A stretch of DNA of 62,988 nucleotides, filler included, from Rhabdomonas costata (Eukaryota): assembly GCA_019059605.1 (NCBI GenBank). It is 39 parts of 39 records of this genome, joined end to end, with 100 filler letters (N's around TTAATTAATTAA, not from the genome) between each part and the next. Parts side by side here need not be neighbours in the genome. Positions count along the whole stretch, not along the records: positions 22,664 to 24,181 come from JAHMHO010013993.1; positions 24,282 to 25,796 come from JAHMHO010013994.1; positions 25,897 to 27,414 come from JAHMHO010013995.1; positions 27,515 to 29,032 come from JAHMHO010013996.1; positions 29,133 to 30,650 come from JAHMHO010013997.1; positions 30,751 to 32,249 come from JAHMHO010013998.1; positions 32,350 to 33,867 come from JAHMHO010013999.1; positions 33,968 to 35,485 come from JAHMHO010014000.1; 31 more parts are not named here. The stretch is one strand, 5' to 3'. A program made the translations under genes and the position numbers. This document shows positions 24,176-37,102 of the stretch, piece after piece. The notes under the pieces are model-generated. The model searched no databases and was not told where the DNA came from. It saw only the letters and a list, made by a program, of their open reading frames with translations. Numbering within the stretch: position 1 is the first letter of the stretch; each line of letters opens with the position of its first letter.

Positions 24176-27135
24176 CACACANNNNNNNNNNNNNNNNNNN
24201 NNNNNNNNNNNNNNNNNNNNNNNNNTTAATTAATTAANNNNNNNNNNNNNNNNNNNNNNNNNNNNNNNNNNNNNNNNNNNNGGTTGGGGGGTTTGCAGTT
24301 GGCAGGCTGGCACTATCACTGTCACTGCTTGTCCAATCTGCTGCCTAGACCGCTTCCTGTGCTTGCTTGCTTGCCTTTGGTTTTCAGCCATTTGGTTTTT
24401 TGTGCCCACCTGTTGTGCTTTTGCGTGTTCTGTGCGTCCTTTGTGTCGGCTGTGCCAGAAACTTTGGATGGACATTGGATCGGCCTGGGCGAGAGTGTGG
24501 GTGTTTTGCAAGGAGGAGTATGTTTTTCTCGATGCTAGAACCCTCTGGGCTCCATTTCTTGTCAGCTTTTCCTCTCACATCAACATGGACTGATTGCTGC
24601 CTGTCGCACCTGTGCTCTGGTTTTCCTGGTCTTGTCGCAGCAACGGGTTGCGTCCCAAACTAATTTGATGGTTGCTCTGGTTTTATCCGCTCCTTCTTCA
24701 CACCTTGTATTTGTTGTTGGTCATGTCTTCTCATCCCCATTCTCCTCCCGCATGCTTTCCCGAAGTCGTCCCTGAAGAACGCCCCCCCCCCTCCCGCACA
24801 CACACACACACACTTGTCTAGATAAGTGCCTTATTTTGGTTTCTGGATGTTGCTTTCTGTCTTACAGCCCACCGCTGATTTTTGAGGAACCAGCAAAACT
24901 GAGTGTACAATAAGCCTCTGTTCAGACTTTGTTATGTGCGGCAATTTTCAAAGGATCCTCAAAGGGTGCAGCACTCATACTGCACTGGGTTGGTAATCCA
25001 ACGCGACCTTACGCTGATCTCCATTCATGACCAGCTCTACGCCTGCCCTTTCGGGGTCAACTGCGCCGTAGAAAGCTGGTAGAGCTTCCAAAAATCTCCC
25101 TGATGCTTGTCGACCTGCTTCCCAATACTAGCCGCAGTCATCCGGCTGCACCAGGAAACCACCCGTGTCCTCGTGTGTCATGCCTTCACATGCACTCATT
25201 GTGCTTGCACTTCGCCTTAGCCCTTACATCTTTGGGCTCTTGCATCTAGCGGGTGAGTCAGCACTAGCATGGGTCATGAGCGGCAAGGAATGTCACGTAG
25301 CGCCTTCAATCCAAAGGGCGCGTCACCTTCAGCGTCCCAATCGTCCCAGTCGTTTTGCTTTCAAGTAGGCGCAGAAACAGCCCCAAACACTCGACTGTAA
25401 ATGTGGAATGCAGAGGTGAGTGCCCGGAATGCTTCAGGCATTCCAAGTATCCACCAGTTGTCCAGCGACTTCATCCACCTCGAGAACCACCCATTTAATG
25501 CCTCTCGTGATATTCCACCAGTTGGTTTCGTCCAGTGAGAAATTTGTTGGGGCAGCACTAACTGCGAGAAGAGTCCCTATCACAGTGATGGAACTTGTTT
25601 TCTTCCCTCTTTTGCAGCGTCAAGCAAAGCTCGACCAAAATGTCTCTCGTCACGCCACCCCACCGCGGACCCTACACTAAGCGGCGCCCCAGACCCCTCG
25701 CCCCTGTCCCGGCGCGGCCGGCCTTCACCTTGGAGGAGGACTCCCGCTGGGATGGGGTGCCCAGCGAGGCTTCAGTGCGGGGAGACTCCATCTTCCNNNN
25801 NNNNNNNNNNNNNNNNNNNNNNNNNNNNNNNNNNNNNNNNTTAATTAATTAANNNNNNNNNNNNNNNNNNNNNNNNNNNNNNNNNNNNNNNNNNNNCGTA
25901 CACCTGGTGTCTCATTTACCTGGCGCTGCTGTGCTTCTTGATTTGCTTTGGGAAGCAGATGGTGGCCTCGCTGAAGCTGAATGGCACGGTGTGGAGTGCT
26001 TAGTTATTTCCCTCCATTGCCCTTCCCCTTCACCACCAGCGCTCGGGGCCTCTTACCATCTCTGTGTGGAGGGTGGTGGAAACCTCCGGCGGGGAGGGGC
26101 GAGCAAAATGGTGTAGCCTCCGGGCGTTCATGTACTTCTGATTTCTGTGCTGCGGGTGTGTCTGTTGTGTGTGCTTGCAGTATGCTTATGTCCGAATGTG
26201 TTTCTGGTTCCTTCTTGGGCACTTGGGCACTGTTGCCGCCGGAATCGTGGAAGAGTGGGGGGGGGTGCACCTTGCGTATTCACCCGGATTTTTATAATCC
26301 CATCTTGCTCTTGCTTTTGAAATATTGTGTGGAGCACTTTTCTTCTCTCTGTCGTTCGAGTGAGTGGATACCAGTACAAGCCAGCCTGAGTGCGATCGGT
26401 CGAACTTGAACCGTTTGCAGGGATCTTGATATTTTCGAATCGAAGAATACGAAAGAGAATTATGAACAACGTTGTCACAACAATGAAAAATAGGAAAATG
26501 CTCTTCTTCAGAGTCGGTTTTCATGTCGCTTTGGCTTGTAAGGTCGTTGTAAGGTCGTTTTTGTCCTAGTGTTAGTTTGGTGAACGTACGTAGTGAGAGA
26601 AGCGGTGTTTGGGCGGGTAAATCATGCTTCTTCTGTACTTGTGCGCTTTTGCAGCACAGCTGGAAAGAGTTTTCAGTCTCTCCCTCTACACTGGGACAAA
26701 ATATCAGAACTGATGTCAACCACGTCCGAGAAAAGGCATTTGCTGCGTATCAGCGTATGGACGACCGTTTATGTCCCCCGAATCGGCAATCAGCAAGTCA
26801 CACACCGAATAATATTTGCGGTGAAAAATAGGCTGAAATAAGAAATAAAATGTGGCTGTCCCTCCCTGCCATATGGAAATCACTGAGAAGAGAGGAAATT
26901 TCCAGCTCTGGCGGAGCTGTTGAGTGCACACACACACACCCTCTCCATTCACACACAAATGCAACCGCCTCCTATGTTCACGCACACCCGCTTTTTTCCT
27001 GTGGCTTCTGTTTTGAAATAAACATTTCTCACACGCCGGTGATGGCCTCGTTGTTTCCGTGGTTTAACTTTCACAATTGCGTGCAGCTGTAACCACACAC
27101 TCGCCGCCAGCGGAGGACCGTCTTTCCATGCGCAG

Positions 27136-27343
27136 ACCGGTCATGTCTACTACACCAACCTGCTGAGTATCCCCTTCATTGTGACCGTGGTGGCGGGCAG
27201 CGGGGAGGTGGAGCGCCTGGCTAACATGCAGCTCTCATGGCAGGCCTGGGTCTTCCTCACGCTGTCGTGCATCTTCGGGGTGGCGATCTCGTGGACGGGC
27301 TGGCACTGCCGCACCGTGCTCTCTGCCACGGCGTTCACCATCG
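27136..27343 (+). CDS. Nucleotide-sugar transporter (SLC35, GONST/GDP-sugar type) exon
   Basis: VYYTNLLSIPF...LSCIFGVAISWTGWHCRTVLSATAFTI matches the YxNLLS and SATxFT motifs; CAG/GT boundaries. Confidence 0.85.
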
Positions 27344-29409
27344 GTACCGTTGTCTATGCTTCGGCTGGCCTCCTTTCGAGCTCAAAGAGTGAAATAAAAC
27401 AAACTCCTGTGGAGNNNNNNNNNNNNNNNNNNNNNNNNNNNNNNNNNNNNNNNNNNNNTTAATTAATTAANNNNNNNNNNNNNNNNNNNNNNNNNNNNNN
27501 NNNNNNNNNNNNNNGTGGGGGTTGGGAGAGGTGCGGCAGCTCTGGAGCAGGGCCAGGGAGGAGAGACTCCTGGACAGCCGCCGCCACACCCGACGCGGCA
27601 GAGAGGCCTTCGGGCCCCGCAGGTCCTTCTCCGGAGTTGAAGGGGTGAAGGGAGAGGAGGGAGTAGGCACTTCCTTCTTCACCTCCGGCGCTGCTGCAGT
27701 GCGGCTCCTGTGGGTGCATAAGCAGAGAGGATGGAAGGAAAGAGGGACTGACGGTTAAGTATTGTAGGGGACGGCACACCAAGTACTTTCAGCGCCGGAG
27801 GCACTCGCGGACTCTGTGTGTAACGCGGTCTTTGTGGGGCCCCGAGCTCCTCCTAGTCCTCCTGCAACCTCTTGGAATGAAGCGACGTCAATGAAAGGGG
27901 AAGATATTTGTGCATGTGGGTGTACGCAAAGTTTCCATCGGTTGGGTCGAGATAGACCTGGTGACGGCTGAGGTATGGATGGTAGCTAGCATCGCCCCGT
28001 CAGTACCTTCCCGCCCAGCCGTGCTTGTGTGGATCCTGCCACAACCTCGAACGCGCTTTCCTACACGAACGAGAGACGATACAAGACGAAAAACACACCG
28101 TCCAGAGACGAGGCCGGAGATTTCCACAGTGAAGCGTTGACTGTCGTTCTTGTCCTGGCCGGTGGAATCGCCTACAAACCCCTGATGAAAATTAGAAACA
28201 AAAAAGAGTTCTGTGGAATTTCCATGTTCTCAGAACCCAAATTCGATGAAGCTGATCAAAAGGAATGCAAAACCCGAGCAAGACAAGCGCAATTGCGTAC
28301 GCGTTTGAACTGTTACCGTCAACCACGCACCCACCTCCAACATGGCAGCGTTTTGGTGCAACACCAAAGACTGGCAAAACTGGCGAATACAAAGCTACAC
28401 TTGCCCACAGGCAAACCACGCAACGGGCGGGTGAGGTCGGAGTGACACGTCCTGGGAGCTTCACTGCCAACTTGTCCACGACAATCTGCAAACGATGGGG
28501 AGGGTCAAGGCAGCTTGCTGTACCCCAAAGCTCATCCAATTCTTCCCTCTCGGCATCTCTCTGTATAGCAATATGGCCAATATCATGTGAAAAGTGAAAT
28601 GTTTTCTGAAAGTTTTCTTTATATCGCCATGAATATTTTATTTGGATAACTAGAAACCTGAAGCGGAAAGTGAATTTGAAAACAAACTACATCAATTCTC
28701 GGTATTATTGCTGTTCAAAATCAGCATTCACAACGATAACTGCATCGTTTGCTCACAGAAACTTAATTCATATCGATTTGGTACTAATACAACACTTGCC
28801 AACATAAAAAACACATAAAAAACGAAGAACAAAAAAGAACCAAAACGATCATATTTTTTCCTCCACAAACTCCTATTCCTAAGGTAAATTGTCCCAAATT
28901 TGACACAGCTTGCGCGCATTCCGCAGTTAACCAAATAAACGTGCCCAAAGCGGTATGTAAAAAATGTATGGCTCGTGCTGCCCCAGCTAAAGGCGCTTCC
29001 CTTGTTGTTCCCCTCCCCAAACACACCCCACANNNNNNNNNNNNNNNNNNNNNNNNNNNNNNNNNNNNNNNNNNNNTTAATTAATTAANNNNNNNNNNNN
29101 NNNNNNNNNNNNNNNNNNNNNNNNNNNNNNNNGGTTGTGTGGGCAGTTCATGTTTCATTGAGGTCATCCGACATCACACTATCTGAAAAAGAAGAAGATT
29201 CTCAACGGGCTCAAGGTCACTGATAAAACCATCATTCGACATTTAATCTGTGACTCGAATGGATTCCTACCAAAACGTTGCTCCGATTCCTAAAGGGCAA
29301 CGAAACCCCAGGCAAAACCTCAGCACAACCCCATAGAAATCAGCATGTGTATTCGTCACTGCAGAACCACTGCGATACTCCCCATCTACAACCCACCCAC
29401 AAAAAGCAC

Positions 29410-30628
29410 CTCGGCGTCCATCGGCAACGCCGAAATGCCGGGTTGGGCTGGATCGGTCGGCCGAACGTTGTCCGTAGTTGTGGTGGTGGTGGTGGGCGTG
29501 CCAGCCATCTTCGGCTTCGGGGTGCTGCGAGCCTTACCCAGTCCTTCCGCCATGTGCTGGATCCTGGCCAGCACAGCAAGAGCGGCCTCGCGGCTGCACC
29601 CCCCACTGCTCAGCCGCCGACTGGTAGGCGGCGGGGAGGACCACAGCTCGGGGGGCCCTGGCGACACTTCAGTAGAGGCCTCCACGGTCCTAAACCATAT
29701 GCAAAGACCGCAGGCACACACGGTGAGTTCGCACCACTTTCTTTTTTTTTTTTTGGAAAAAGAAACGTCTCCGCAGTCCAAGTGATCACTCGAGAAGCAG
29801 ATTAGGTGTCATCCAATACATCCACTACGGAAAAGAGGGGCTGGAGCGTGTAACAGTGGTAAGAGCGGAAAGTTGCAGTTGTTCCTCTAAAGAAACGAAA
29901 AACGACATACTGACTCTCATCAAATTCGGTTGTTGAGCCGCGGAGGGAGACAGTGTGTGTCAGTAGGTGTCAGTCCCTTTTTAAAGGTGCATGTCTCTTT
30001 AATACCCAGGATCACTTTTTAGGGCCACGCATTCACGCAATTTTTGCCAGTGAACAGGGACCTGGTGTCAGCCTTTGCAGGTGTCGACACCCGCTGCTGC
30101 TGCTTAATCGCCTCAACCGCTGCTTCAAAGCTCACTCCGGAGTCCTCTGAGACACCCAGCAAGCCACACAATCAAGCACAACAGGAGGACTGGACAACAA
30201 AGTTGCAATGGTGGCTCCACTAACAACTCACCATACACGGCACAGTGTGCATTTTTCGGCGTAACCCAGTACTCCGAATCCACTTCCCCCCACTGGTTGC
30301 CCTAGTTGCCTTTGAGAGCTGCGACAGGACTGGCCCACGTTACCATCTAACCCAACGAAGGAGGCCAAGTCAGAATTCGACACATCGGCGAGCTAAAGCC
30401 ATATAACGTGGATCACCCGATGTTCAACTGACAAAATCTTGATTCCACCGAGGAAAAAGTGCAAGGGGAGTAATGCCAAACATGAGAGAGACCTCTGAGA
30501 GTGCGCTGCACGGCTTGCTGCAGCTCCACGGCGGCGTCCTCGGGCTTCACCTGGCGAGGCTTTTTCTTCGCAGGCTGGTACTTCTCTGCCATCATGGTGA
30601 TCAGGGCCTTGCGTTCCGCCGCAGACAA
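29410..30628 (-). CDS. Unknown protein, exons 30628-30493, 30146-30062, 29689-29410
   Basis: All AG/GT bounded and phase-consistent (1 then 2): LSAAERKALITMMAEKYQPAKKK...TLR-EDSGVSFEAAVEAIKQQQ...DT-RTVEASTEVSPGPP...MDAE. Confidence 0.75.
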
Positions 30629-31302
30629 CTGAAAGACCCTCCCCACACACNNNNNNNNNNNNNNNNNNNNNNNNNNNNNNNNNNNNNNNNNNNNTTAATT
30701 AATTAANNNNNNNNNNNNNNNNNNNNNNNNNNNNNNNNNNNNNNNNNNNNGTGGTTTTGACACAGTTTACCTAACCCCGTGTCTTAAAAATAACATCCCA
30801 AAAAATGTGTCTGATTTGGACGTTTAGAACCGCTAACGGAGCATCGCCCACCCCATGTCCTCACGTCCCAACCCGTCCGCCCGCTCCGGCAGCGCCACGG
30901 ACTGGCCTCCGCGGCGCTGGCCTTCGCACCCAAACTATAGCCATCTCCTGGGAACCGTTCATCGCCCTTGCGTTCTGACCTATACTTTTGACAGTGCTAA
31001 GAGTTTACCCCCCCCCCCAAAACAATTGATCCTGCGTTGGTGCACATGTAAATCACAGGAACTGGGCTTTATATCGCAAATGGGTTCCTGGAGGGCTCGC
31101 GTTCTTGACGCCAAGGTATATAGCTTCTGACAGAGTGCCGATCAAAAAAATATAAAGTCAGCAACTACTGCCACCCAAGTAACAGCCGAGTTGCCAGCGT
31201 GAAAATACGGCTACCGATCGCCAATAAGGAGCGGGAATGGAAACGGGAGCAGCGAAGGCATTCTGGCTTTGAAAAAAATTGAAACGTAAATGGGGCATCC
31301 AC

Positions 31303-31976
31303 CCGAAGATCTCCTCCCGGGCGCAAATGTTTTCGTCTGTCACGCTGGTGAGCACTGTGGGGTTAATAAAGTAACCCCTCGAGCCGTGGCGAGCTCCGCC
31401 ACACTCCACCTTCGCGCCCTGCTTCTTGCCCTCCTCCACGTATCCCAGAACTTTCTTGAACTGAATCTCATCCACCTGCAGCCCCCACATTCCTCACATC
31501 ACACCCATGGAACACACGATTGAGTTGTAAGCATCGGTTTCCAGGCCACAGGAACACCAAGAAAAGGAAAATCCAGGAAAGAAAACGTGAATGATAAAGT
31601 TTCATTGCCGTGGAAAGAACCGTCGATTGATGAGGAAAAACGACGACCAACTGTAATAAGAACGTCTCACAGTCAGGATCAGAGAGAAGTTTACATTTCC
31701 TTGGGGCGAACTTTTGACGATTTTCTTAAGTTTGTAGGAGGTTTGAGATAAAAATAGCGGTTTGGTCAGCAAAATAGCTGAAAATGCTCTGCGTCATGTT
31801 AAATTAAAAACACATACATATCACATCATGACGGGGTGGTAGACCTGTGGGCCCTGCTCTGTGGACCCAGAAAACGGGTCGCCAAGCGTAATCCCTTGCG
31901 CCCGCTGTACGAACTCGGATACGAAGCGGTCGTAGATCCCCTCTTGGACGAAGATCCGGGAACCCGCAGAACATAT
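31303..31976 (-). CDS. ALDH: Aldehyde dehydrogenase (ALDH1/2-like), exons 31976-31845 and 31475-31303
   Basis: [18 protein letters not shown] (catalytic Cys region), [25 protein letters not shown]; phase-0 intron. Confidence 0.95.
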
Positions 31977-32369
31977 CTGCGCACAGAAACGCACTGAGCT
32001 CATGGACAATACCCAGCGGGCTCTCTTCCACAAAGCGTTCATTTTTTGTGGGCGGCCACGTCACAAGGGTTCCCTTGCAAACGCACGCCAGCGGTAAGGA
32101 ACTATGGGTTAATGCAGCGACCGACCTGAAGTACAGTCTTTCTGGGAGATTTCTTGGAAGAGGTGAAACGTTTCAACACACAAAGGCAATGCCACCAGTA
32201 AGGCAACGGCAAATGCAGCACACCACAGAAACCATTTTTCACACCAACANNNNNNNNNNNNNNNNNNNNNNNNNNNNNNNNNNNNNNNNNNNNTTAATTA
32301 ATTAANNNNNNNNNNNNNNNNNNNNNNNNNNNNNNNNNNNNNNNNNNNNTGTGGGGTGTGTTTGGTTTT

Positions 32370-33860
32370 GTGGGGCCGGGCTGGGCGCCTTGGGCGGGAC
32401 GGGCTGCTCGTGCTGGGGTAGGCACCGGACCAGCAGGGCCTTGTGGTCGGGATCCGGGTACATGCAGTTCACCAGCCTAAGAAGTGGGGGGAGGCCGACC
32501 ACAGAGCACCACTGCTTCATACGTTTTCGTCGCCAAACACAAACTCTTCCATTCCATTACTGCGAACTGCAAACGGAAAAAAAGAGTGCACACTGTGTGT
32601 ATCGAAGAATGTTAGGCAGGGAAGAACGGGTCTGCCCACCACCTCACACACAGCAACCGCGTGGCAAAAGAGGACGTCCAGGAACCATCGCGAATCATCC
32701 ACTAAGATACATGTGCAATTCTAAACCTTGAAACAGCCCAAATAAGCAAATTCTCTTTCTTCTATTCCGCCTGTATAGGCCCACAGGATGCCAATGGGTG
32801 TGGTATGTGGAGGTATAGTCCGGGGAATGGCACAGGTGTGAGCACAATGAGGTGTGTGTATAGGCGTGGTGAAGGTCTTCTCCGAGACTTTGTCCAAATT
32901 CCCCCAGGGCCCCGGTACGGAAGCTTCCAGACGTCCCATTTTCGCCAGCATTATGTGTGAGGGCACAGAAGAACGCTCACCGGGTCACAATCTCATTCTT
33001 GTCGGCATTGCACACGTCCACGTCCAAGCACTGTGCCTCCAGCAGCTTCTTCAGTTCCGCTGTGCTGCACTGCAGCAGCCTGTGGCGAAGGCGATGAAGG
33101 GGACAGCTTTCACTGCGGATGGGTAAAACTATTCCACATCGACCTGAGCTGCCATTGCTGCTCTCTCGTCACCCATTGCATCGGAGGAAAATTCAGTGAG
33201 TTTTTTGAGGAGTCGCCATCAGCGGGGTTCTCCATATGACCATTAGTACCCCAAATGGGGTATGCATCGGTGTACGTCTCAGGGATAAAAGGAAGCGATT
33301 GTGGTGGATGCATTACACTGCTGGTCAAGATAACCATAGTATCGGATGCGACATATAGTTCCATCTTCTGACACGCTCTTGTGAAGGGCTTGGGTGATAC
33401 CCTCCTGGCTGGTTTTATCAAAAAGAGGGGTGGGGTGAACGACTCTGAGAGGACGTTCGTGCTCAACGAGGTTAAGGAAACCCGAGAAGCATTCAAATTG
33501 CAGTGATAAACGATTGACGGGAGTAACAAAACCAAAAAACACAAAGGTAACCCCCAATCTGGACGAAGGCATCCCTTCTGTGATCTGCTTTCGTTGAAGA
33601 CAACGGCAACACGGCGGTGGAAAAAAGTAGATCATATGTCGACGGGGAGTCAGCGATGATGGGTGTGTAAGTTAGTGAGTGAGTGTGTTTTGTGACTGAC
33701 AAGGCTATGTGTCTGCGTCTGTGTGAGTTGTCTGTGTGAGGGGTAGCCACCGGTCCACTTCGGCCTTAAAGAAGCCCAGCAGGGCCTCTGCCTTGGCGCT
33801 GGAGAAGGCCTGGGCCCCCTCGGGGGTGGCCAAAGGGTCCAGGGCGCCCGCGGCCGCACC
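32370..33860 (-). CDS. Protein with SAP/HEH-like motif, exons ~33860-33751, 33079-32981, 32476-~32370
   Basis: Two phase-2 GT-AG introns join ...LLGFFKAEVD-R-LLQCSTAELKKLLEAQCLDVDVCNADKNEIVT-R-LVNCMYPDP; the ELKxxL...KxELVxRL pattern is SAP-like. Confidence 0.7.
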
Positions 33861-34186
33861 CCACCACNNNNNNNNNNNNNNNNNNNNNNNNNNNNNNNNN
33901 NNNNNNNNNNNTTAATTAATTAANNNNNNNNNNNNNNNNNNNNNNNNNNNNNNNNNNNNNNNNNNNNCGCACCCAAAACCAGGCATAGACAAATAGTATA
34001 AGACCGGTAAACCCCTCCGGAGGAAGCTAGAAGGTCAGGCCAAGGCTCAACCCAGCCACATTCAGCCAACGTGGTGGTAGTGCACAGGATGCCTAACCCC
34101 AAGATGGTAAGGTGTGGTGGTTGTGGGTGGTGATGCCATGTGGTGCAATGCCACTGGTAGGATATGCCAACCCAACCCTACGCTAT

Positions 34187-34211
34187 GCTGCTGCTGCTGC
34201 TGCTGCTGCTG
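34187..34211 (+). repeat. (CTG)n microsatellite
   Basis: About 8 tandem TGC/CTG units. Confidence 0.9.
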
Positions 34212-35865
34212 GTACGCTAATCCAGAGTGGTAGTGACCAGCCAACCCTCTACGGATGGTGCAGAGGTGATACTTAGCTACACCCTACTCTGGGTTCAGGG
34301 TAATGGGAGTAGCAGAGACACATCCCACTGCTGGTCACAACCCAAGGCCCCATGGCTAAACCCACTCAACCCCTCCACTCTACTACAAACAACGCTACAC
34401 CCAAAGCCTACACCTATACCCATACCCTAGGGTGTGTGGGTCAGAGGGTGGGAGGTGGGGTGTGTGGGTTCGCTGTTGCGTAGGGTGGTGGTTTCGCGTC
34501 TCGGGGTGGGTGTGGGTGGAAAGGAGCATAGGCCCGTAGAAAGGGGAAACTCAACACAGAGTCAGGGAGGGCCTTCTTCAGTATCCTGGTTGCTCACACT
34601 GATGTGTGTAAAGAACAACCCACGGGCAACACTTGCTCCTGTCGCCACCGTTAGATGGTTCTGGCGAAGGAACAGCAGGGCTCAGGTTGGTTTGCAGGTC
34701 TCTTTGAATTCGTTGCAGCGAGAAGACCGTTCAAAAAATGAAGGAAAAATTCAGGTGAAATTTTTAGGCCAAGAAAAATCTTGACCGGGCGTCCTACCTC
34801 AACCAGTCTGTCTGCGTCAGACAGTCTCAGGCGGTTGTTTTGGCGGGAGGCGTTGCCCTCGCTCTGTGATGATGGCGTTCGCCTTTCCCGGTTCTCATTT
34901 TTGGCAAGAGCTGTGCCGTTTGCCCAAGCAGAAACGTCAGGCGGTCAAGCTCACGGAGTCCGTCCACCCGGTTCGAGTCGACCTGTTTAGCAGCATCAGT
35001 GGCCTAAACCCAAAACCCTTAACGTCATTCCCAGTGGGGTAGGGGGGCTAAGGCCTGAAGCAGGCTAACTGTGTCCGCGACTTCTTCCGAGTTCACCCAA
35101 TGAGCTTTACCGTCGACGAGCATGAGATCGACCACCACGAGGGAGGTCAACCGGGAGGGAGCCCACACGGGTGGCAGAGCGTGGAAGCCTGACCTTCTCT
35201 TCAGCATGTGTTGGTGCAACCTTGCCACCGGGGCGGAGAGACTCGCTTTGGGTCCACTAGCACTAGCGTAACACCATCGAAGGTGGCATCTTAATGTCGG
35301 TCCCTCGCTACTCGCTCGGTGCCTCCCAAGTTAGGATGACGGGGTCGCTCTCAACGGGCTCCACTTCAGCTCACTGTTGGGATTGGCGTTGGAGTTAGAG
35401 CGTTCAATGGGGGTTGGGTCAGAAGTTGCTGTCTGGGTCTGGGGTTCGGTGGGTCCAGTTGGTAGGTTTGGTGGATGGTAGGGGCNNNNNNNNNNNNNNN
35501 NNNNNNNNNNNNNNNNNNNNNNNNNNNNNTTAATTAATTAANNNNNNNNNNNNNNNNNNNNNNNNNNNNNNNNNNNNNNNNNNNNGGGTTTTGGGGACGA
35601 GAAAGGCCAGTGCCAGACATCCAGTGGGCCATTCTCTCGTACTGTGTTAATATATGACATATATATAGTGCGAGCGAACAGAATATGCACTACTGTAAAC
35701 CTTTGGTGTCTTCCCGTACCAACTATGCAATACAGCCCGATCTCACACCATCGTTCCATTGTTTTTGGAAAGGGGCAAAACGAAAAGTAGCAGTCCCACC
35801 GTCACTCAGTCCCAACCCCTAGCACGGGCTTCCCTTTCCCTTTGTCCGTTTCACCGTCTACTCAG

Positions 35866-36040
35866 GCACCCAGAGCTGCAGGGTCTCCGCCTGTGCGAGC
35901 CAGTGCAGTGTCTCGAGCACCCAGACTTCGGTCAGCCTGTACAGCTATCAGTGGTCAGCGACACTGGACTTCTCCTCAGAACATCGTAAATTATCCGAAT
36001 CGGCGGCACTGCACAGAGTTGTACCTGCATTCTCGGAAAC
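35866..36040 (+). pseudogene. Degenerate exon copy of a Cys-cap/LRR-like module
   Basis: TQSCRVSACASQCSVSSTQTSVSLYSYQWSATLDFSS, then shifted-frame NYPN...TELYLHS; paralogous to 36939-37102. Confidence 0.5.
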
Positions 36041-36312
36041 AGGCATATTAAAGCCACCGAACAGCATGCCAGAAAATGTCATATTCCTGTGGTGCACGCA
36101 ATGGGCGATTCGGGTAGCCTGAACCGTTGTGGGCTTGATGTTGAACAGGCTGCTACGAAACATTTGTTATGTTGGCAGATTAAATGAAGTTAACGGCCGT
36201 AAAAAGGACCAGGGGAACGTTCTCACGTGTTCCCCCCCCCCCCAAAAAAAAGAGCCACATTCGGGCATCGCAGTGCGCCCACAGTGTGCGCCTTTCGTTT
36301 ACTCGCTCACAG

Positions 36313-36501
36313 TGACCACGGTGAGCTGCTCTCTGCCCTCGTCGCTACCCTCGGGCTACTCCTACGGCGGCAGCGGGTGTGGCCCGGGGTACATGAGTGC
36401 CTCGAGCTGTACGGGGCTGAGCTGCGCCTCTGGCTACTCCGGCACCGTGAGCGTGAGCTGCAGCTCCCCTTACGGAACCTTTACGCTCTCTGGATGCACC
36501 G
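36313..36501 (+). CDS. Cys/Ser/Gly-rich extracellular repeat exon (phase 1-1)
   Basis: CSLPSSLPSGYSYGGSGCGPGYMSASSCTGLSCASGYSGTVSVSCSSPYGTFTLSGCT; 189 nt with CAG/GT boundaries. Confidence 0.8.
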
Positions 36502-36938
36502 GTGCGCCCGTTTGTGTTGTGTCGCTTCAGCACATTTTTGCGTAGTTCCCTACCAGTACCTGATTCTGATTCTGGCATATCTCAGCGCGGGGTTGGCTAT
36601 AGTGTTGGACGACATCAATGCGACCCCTCGGACATTTTGTGGGTGTTACCCCGTGTGTCGCTAAACCACCCATATCAAGTCGAACGATGGACTTTATTCA
36701 GTTTTTGAAATTCGGAGGATGGATGTGCCTGCTGTGTACAGAAATGTGAGTGCCAGACATGTGCACCATTCTGTGGTGCAGAGATCGAGCCAACCCCTTT
36801 TGGTTGGACTAACCTTTCCGTCTTTCCTAATGTCAACCGTGCTCATGCACGAAGCGCTGTGATTCTACTGATGCACCCGGTGTTTTGCTTTCTCTTTTGC
36901 TCCAACTGGTTTTTACCGCAGTATTGTTCTCCCCTCAG

Positions 36939-37102
36939 GCACCCAGACCTGCAGTGTCTCCACCTGGGCAAGCCAGCGCGGCGTCTCGAGCACCCAAACC
37001 GTGGTTAGCTTGTACAGCTATCAGTGCTCAGGGACGCTGGACTTCTCCTACTTTTCCTACGCCACGTCGATCACAATTTACTCCGCCACCTTTGGAGGCA
37101 CT
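36939..37102 (+). CDS. Second copy of the Cys-cap/LRR-like exon (truncated by contig end)
   Basis: TQTCSVSTWASQRGVSSTQTVVSLYSYQCSGTLDFSYF; clear nucleotide similarity to 35861-35975 including the acceptor. Confidence 0.55.
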
